A DNA stretch of 64,000 nucleotides. It comes from Paramoeba atlantica (taxonomy: Eukaryota; Protista; Discosea). The translations under genes and the position numbers were made by a program. Each line of letters begins with the position of its first letter. Position 1 is the first letter of the stretch. Below, one piece after another: positions 59,100-64,000 of this stretch. The DNA lies in NCBI GenBank assembly GCA_977017575.1, contig CDRNVI010000010.1, positions 155,389-219,388 on the forward strand. Direction: 5' to 3'. The notes under the pieces were generated by a model, which had not been told where the DNA came from, ran no database searches, and saw only the letters and a list, made by a program, of their open reading frames with translations.

Positions 59100-59300
59100 G
59101 AAAGTGGAAAAGGAGACAGGGGGTAGGGGAAAAAGTTAAGCGGAAAACGGGTAAAGGTAAAGTGGGTAAAGGGAAAGTGGGTAAAGGGAATGTGAGTAAA
59201 GGGAAAGTGGGTAAAGGGAAAGGGGGAAAGGGAAAGTGAATAAGTGGAAAGTCGTTAACGGGAAAGCGGGTACGTGGAAACGCGTTAAGGGGAAAAAGTG
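59100..59300 (+). repeat. Purine-rich 15-bp repeat (GGGAAAGTGGGTAAA), G-quadruplex-compatible
   Basis: More than 10 GGG runs, most separated by 3-7 nt. Confidence 0.75.
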
Positions 59301-59994
59301 GGTAAGATACGGGAATGTTAAGAAATGAAGTAGGAAAGTCGTTGTAGTATAAAAGAAAAGTTAGAATTCGTAAAAAAAATAATGCGACAAAAAAAAATTT
59401 AGGCTCCAAAATATGATATTGCTAATTTGATTGCTTGTTTTAAAATCGTATACCCCCCCGATGGACCTACAGGGTTCAAGTATTGGGTAAAAATATAGAG
59501 GCAATGCCGCGTTTCATACTTCTCCCCCCTTATTCATTGCAAAAAAAAAACAAAAAAAAAGTCCCTCTGCAGTATTTCCCTCTCGCGTCCCCCACCCCCG
59601 TGCCAGCAGCCCAAAGTATTATATACTTGCTCACGGGGTGGGGGCAGAGATCCTGGCGGATGGGCTCGTGCGTCGCTTCCTCTTGCCCCCGCGTCAGTCG
59701 CCCCGTGTCTTTTCTCTCCGCGCTCTTCCCCATCGGTGCGACGGCGTCTTCGCGTCTCATCACCTCCAAGTCTCCCACCCACGTACAGCAATCTAATGTA
59801 TCTAATACTGCTAACGGGGTGGGAGCAGAGGTTCTGGATCATACAGGCCTGGGTGCGTGCGGATTTGGAAGTGGGGTAGGGAGTAAGAGAGGGGAAGCAG
59901 GAAAAGGGGTAGGAAGTAAGGGAGGGGAGTAAGTGGAAGCAAGGGAAAGTTGGAAGTGTGGATATTGTGGAAAAGTAGGACAAGTACATAAAAA

Positions 59995-60135
59995 GCACAT
60001 TGATAATGCATACTAAGCGGCACATTGATAATGCATATAGCACATTGATAATGCATATAGCACATTTATATTGCATATAGCACATTGATAATGCATATAG
60101 CACATTTATATTGCATATAGCACACTGATAGCTCA
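59995..60135 (+). repeat. 7 x 20-bp array (GCACATTGATAATGCATATA), ending ~45 bp upstream of the IS30 copy 4 ATG
   Basis: Units are directly readable; same unit family as 44664. Confidence 0.92.
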
Positions 60136-60179
60136 TACGTGTTTTTACTTGACCTTCAGAATTTTATTTGACCTTCAGA

Positions 60180-60264
60180 ATGTCAGTTTCCCAACGTAAA
60201 ACTAAACGCCTAAACACCAAGGCCCGGGAAACTATCGCAGTGCTCTATAATCAACAAGGCTTCT
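60180..60264 (+). pseudogene. IS30-family transposase 5' stub (copy 4), cut off by a hAT-like TIR
   Basis: MSVSQRKTKRLNTKARETIAVLYNQQGFS aligns without gaps to MSNFNKVKTRLDSDDRAMIELLHNQQEFS of copy 2 (12 of 29 identical). Confidence 0.72.
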
Positions 60265-62634
60265 CAGGGGTCGCTCGCGCGACCGCCGCTAAATAGGGGG
60301 GGAAGGTGGTAGTTGTGGGGTATGGAGGCCTCTCGCAACTCCGGGGCCTCACCGGGAGGAAAGGTGAATTTATTTAATTCCATTTTTTGGCAATGTTAAG
60401 AACCTAAAATTTCTAGTCAACCTCAAATTTCGCGAACACCAACCAAAAATGATCATATTTTTTAAGGGATCAATTTTTTTTTAATGGGTCAAAACTTTTT
60501 TAAGGGCTCGAAAAATATTTAAGGGCTCGATTTTTTTTTCAAGTTTTATGCCAGATAAAGGTGCGGATTTTATGCAATATAAAGGTGCAGCTTAATATGC
60601 CATATAAAGGTGCATTATGCAATATAAAGGTGAATTATGCAATATAAAAGTGAATTATGCAACATAAAGGTGCAGCTTAGTATGCAATATACAGTGGTTT
60701 CAGTTGATCTTGCCCCCCCCTCGGAATTTTGATTTTTTTTATCCATTTTTGCTCATCTTTGCAGCATTGGACAGATCTCGTTCCCCTAGCGAAGAGCTTT
60801 GCCGCTTTTTTTTCATAGAGACCCTCTGGTGCCCCCTGGGTCCGAAAAACACTGTTTTTTTTGACGTTTTCTGTGTACACAACCATTTTTTGTCACATTT
60901 TCCCGATTTTTTGTACATTTTGAACATGTAAGTACGAGTAATAGTGTTCTAAATTGATAATTTGAAAGCTCTATGTCTAGTACCATCCCTATCGCCTAAT
61001 TTAATATAGTCAACAACTCTACATTATGCAGACCAGACCCTCTAACCCCAAACAGGGGGAGTACGTACAGGGATGGAATGACAAAAGAGAAGACAATCCC
61101 CCAATATCCCACAAAGGAACCGTGGCATTACCTCTTTGCGAGAGAAAAGAAATAATAAAGCAACACAAAAAGGGATTAAGCATACATAAATTATCTAATA
61201 ATTTCGGACGTGACCGTCGCACCATAAGAAGAATTGTTAACCTGTGGAAGGAAGGAGAAGATCTTACACCCCAAAAATCCCCAGGAAAAAAATCATCAAG
61301 GCGGTTTAAGGACCTTGTAAAAAAAATTGTGGATGATGAAAACGAAACGTACGATGGTTGCTTAACTTATACTTGGATACACGAGCAAGTGCTGAATATG
61401 GGGTATAAATGTTCGTTAAACAAAATAAGAACTATTTTGAAAAATATTGATTACGGTAGATGGGATAAGTCGCCGAACTGTGACCTATCTGAGGAACACA
61501 AGTCGCAGCGTTTGAGATTAGCAAACGAATTGCTTACATGGCCTAAAGAAGATTTAAACAAAATCATTTGGACCGATGAAAAGTTGTTTACCTGTGCGGT
61601 TCATGGGTCTCAGTTTTTCATTGGACCTAAAGGGTGCCAAAGAAAGCCTCGCTGCAGAAACCGTAGGTGGTATGGGGGGAAGGGGGTAATGGCTTGGATG
61701 GGTATTAGTGTAGAACACGGATTTTTCTTGCACGTGTTTGAACCCATTTATGAAAACGCGCACAAGGTCACTGGGGGAGTGATCCTTGACTCCTTTCAGA
61801 AGCCTAATGGGTTTTTACATTATCTCAAAGACCACGTTGACAATGTGACTGTGCAAATGGATAATGCTACCACCCATAACTTGGCAAAAGGTGAATTGAT
61901 TAATTATCGTATTAAACAATTGTCTTGGCCAGCGAATTCGCCTGATTTAAATCCAATATAAAATGTTTGGAAACAAATGAACGGTATCATAAAGAAAAAA
62001 ATTAAGCCCCACAAACATGCTACCCTCGCCGATGCTATTAAAAAAGCTTTTCAGATTCTAAAACGTCCTCAAGAAAAACGTAAAGTGTGCAACACAATTG
62101 ATCCAGTCCCTAATAGACTTCAAAAAGTGTTGCAAAACAATGGAGGCCATTCCGGATACTAGTTCTTTTCCTTTAGAGTTAACTTTTGGACATAAAATCC
62201 GTTTTTCGTTTCATTTTTGATATGGTAAAAAATATCATTTTTTATTATTTTGGTCAACTTTCGGGTCACCCAAGGGGCACCAGGGGGTCTCTATGAAAAA
62301 AAGGCGGCAAAGCTCTTCGCTAGGGGAACGAGATCTGTCCAATGCTGCAAAGATGAGCAAAGGGATAAAAAAAATCAAAATTCCGAGGGGGGGGCAAGAT
62401 CAACTGAAACCACTGTAAGTGGCCACTTTTTATGCCAGATAAAGGTGCGAGTGGGCTTCGCAAATTGCTTCCCACTAACGACACACATTTTTGTCTTGGA
62501 AACGGGTAAACAAGGTCTAGGCTTTGCTAGGGGTTGGATGTGGTGCCTGGGTTCATTCGCCCGGCCGGTCCCTCCGTGCGTTCGGCCTCGCATATTCCCC
62601 AAAACAACTCCCCCCATTTATCAGGGGTGGCTCG
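60265..62634. mobile_element. Non-autonomous derivative of the hAT-like element, with a TATGCAATATAAAGGTG array at 60544-60691, interrupted by Tc1
   Basis: The left end matches 51795-51890; the right end at 62550-62634 matches 56625-56712. Confidence 0.78.
60692..62415 (+). mobile_element. Full-length Tc1-like element, ~155-bp TIRs, TA TSD; transposase 61026-62162 (DD32E position) with the catalytic Glu codon turned into TAA
   Basis: TA|CAGTGGTTTC ... GAAACCACTG|TA; IIWTDEKLF, VQMDNATTH, WPANSPDLNPI*NVW and NNGGHSGY motifs. Confidence 0.93.
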
Positions 62635-63197
62635 CGCGACCCCCGCTAAATAGGGGGGGAAGGTGGTAGTTGTGGGGTATGGAGGCCTCTCGCAACTCCG
62701 GGGCCTCACCGGGAACAGGAATGAAATACTAGCGCTCTTTAACTTGTTTCTCCCCTCCACTTTTTTTCTTTTTAACTTATTTCCCCCCCTCCACTTTTGT
62801 TTCATGGGGTCGATTTTTTTTTCGAGGGGGGGTCACTTTTTTTTTGAGGGGCTCACCAAAAATATGCATTATAAGGGTGCGAGATTTATGCATTATAAGG
62901 GTGCGAGATTTATGCGTTATAAGGGTGCGAGTTTTATGCGTTATAAAGGTGCAAGTGGCTAGGCACAAAAACTTAAACGTAGAAACAACAACCTAACAAG
63001 GATATATAAGAAATAGTAAAATATCCATGTAATTATAGAACACAAATCATAATTTGAAGAAATTATGTGCCCCGAAGGGCCAGCAGGCAAATACATAACA
63101 GCCCCCCGGCTAAATTTCAAAACGTGGACTATTATTATCAGTGTGCGAGCGACTATGCCTTGCCAGTGCGTGTACTGCTTTATCAGTGTGCCGCTTG
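62635..63197. mobile_element. Second non-autonomous hAT-like derivative (left end plus a 4 x 24-bp array at 62863-62953)
   Basis: The left end is near-identical to 51795-51890; array unit TTTATGCATTATAAGGGTGCGAGA. Confidence 0.7.
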
Positions 63198-63199
63198 AG

Positions 63200-63381
63200 A
63201 GGCATTTTGAATGCAGAGCTGATCATGTTTTCATCGCGCCTTCATTGGCTCCACCAGTAGATCATCCAGTTGTCCCTATGGCTTGAGCACAATTAAATCA
63301 ACAGGCGTTGCAAGCAGCTAGTTCGCACGAGACGAACCAGAATATGTACTCAAAAACTGATTCTGTGTAGAGTACGTTCTT
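63200..63381 (-). ncRNA. U3 snoRNA-like gene (5' domain clear, 3' end uncertain)
   Basis: The minus strand starts AAGAACGTACTCTACACAGAATCAGTTTTTGAGTAC. This closely resembles the trypanosomatid U3 5' end as I recall it (AAGACCGUACUCUGAACAGAAUCGUUUUAUGAGUAC) and has a GTACTC/GAGTAC stem. GATGAT and GATGA box-like motifs lie downstream. Confidence 0.62.
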
Positions 63382-63480
63382 AAAGATTCCTGCGTGGCTA
63401 TCGAAACAAGAAGATAAAACAGATCGCCGAGCCGCTAAAAGTATTTGGTACGCTGATGAGCTCAAAAAGATTCGGAAGAC

Positions 63481-63492
63481 TAGCGTAGTTGT
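63481..63492 (+). promoter_or_regulatory. Free-standing tRNA-type A-box-like element 100 bp upstream of the U3-like start
   Basis: TAGCGTAGTTGT versus the consensus TRGCNNARYNNG; divergent orientation, as in trypanosomatid snRNA promoters. Confidence 0.45.
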
Positions 63493-63586
63493 GCTCTACT
63501 CTTTTTCGTAACGAGCACGCCCGCGCTCTGTTGGTTTCGGAAGAAAAGGGGACTTCACGATAATGCACCGTGAGCCTCGTCCGCGT

Positions 63587-63659
63587 GCCTCGATAGCTCA
63601 GTTGGGAGAGCGTTAGACTGAAGATCTAAAGGTCCCTGGTTCGATCCCGGGTCGAGGCA
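63587..63659 (+). tRNA. tRNA-Phe(GAA)
   Basis: Full cloverleaf GCCTCGA/TCGAGGC-A, anticodon loop CTGAAGA, GGTTCGATCC, followed by a T-run. Confidence 0.97.
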
Positions 63660-63732
63660 TTTTCCGTTCCATGTCACTTTGGGGTGATCGAAAAAGTAAA
63701 GTGTAGAACTTCAATGACCAGTTGTTGTGTTG

Positions 63733-63816
63733 CCGACCGTAGCTCAATTGGTAGAGCATGTGACTGTAGAACGCGCAGATATCACAGGGTCGCTGGTTCG
63801 ATTCCGGCCGGTCGGA
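63733..63816 (+). tRNA. tRNA-Tyr(GTA) with an 11-nt intron (63770-63780, AACGCGCAGAT)
   Basis: CCGACCG/CGGTCGG-A acceptor stem, TGTGA/TCACA anticodon stem, intron after position 37, followed by a T-run. Confidence 0.96.
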
Positions 63817-63871
63817 TTTTTACCAGTGTGATTTCGGCCGATGCACAAGGGGATTCTTTTAGGCGCACTGG

Positions 63872-63945
63872 GCGCCTGTAGTCTAGTTGGTTATGACATC
63901 GCTTTAACACAGCGAAGGTCCTGGGTTCGATTCCCGGCGGGCGTA
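63872..63945 (+). tRNA. tRNA-Val(AAC)
   Basis: GCGCCTG/CGGGCGT-A, TCGCT/AGCGA stem, loop TTAACAC, GGTTCGATTCC. Confidence 0.95.
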
Positions 63946-63958
63946 TTTTACTACCATG

Positions 63959-64000
63959 CGAGGGGCTCGCGCGACCCCCGCTAAATAGGGGGGGAAGGTG
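63959..64000 (+). mobile_element. Left end of another hAT-like family member, running off the window
   Basis: CTCGCGCGACCCCCGCTAAATAGGGGGGAAGGTG, as at 51795, 60265 and 62635. Confidence 0.8.

Noticed and set aside
28700-63200. TnpB/Fanzor RNA-guided nuclease associated with the Tc1/IS elements
   Set aside because: No ORF with split RuvC motifs plus a C-terminal zinc finger was recognised; the full-length Tc1 elements contain only the transposase.

Overview
Eukaryotic nuclear DNA from a kinetoplastid-like protist. The evidence is intronless genes all on the minus strand (polycistron-like), the small subunit of a split topoisomerase IB, a spliced-leader (SL) exon-like 40-mer, a trypanosome-type tRNA-Tyr with an 11-nt intron and a trypanosome-type U3 5' domain. 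The exact taxon cannot be fixed from the sequence; a DNA-transposon-rich non-trypanosomatid such as a Perkinsela/Ichthyobodo/bodonid-type lineage is an inference. Layout: host genes at 1-6.2 kb and 17.5-28.5 kb, an 11-kb transposon island at 6.3-17.2 kb, a ~35-kb nested transposon graveyard at 28.7-63.2 kb (Tc1/IS630-like, pogo, Merlin, hAT-like, Harbinger-like, CRE/SLACS-like retroelements, an APE fragment, MITEs), then a Pol III cluster (U3-like, tRNA-Phe, -Tyr, -Val). The most striking observations are: (i) four diverged IS30-family transposase copies, one intact (DD33E), embedded in eukaryotic TE nests, two of them behind a tandem array and one behind a duplicated CAG acceptor-like motif; (ii) tandem arrays with the core ATAATGCATA and a second ~60-bp-repeat cassette, each found upstream of ORFs of unrelated TE families in the same relative orientation; (iii) a near full-length CRE-like retroelement that begins with an SL exon; (iv) a foldback-like element with palindromic modular TIRs around an orphan Cys-rich ORF. 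All family calls come from motif recognition by eye; no searches were run, and boundaries of degenerate elements are approximate.
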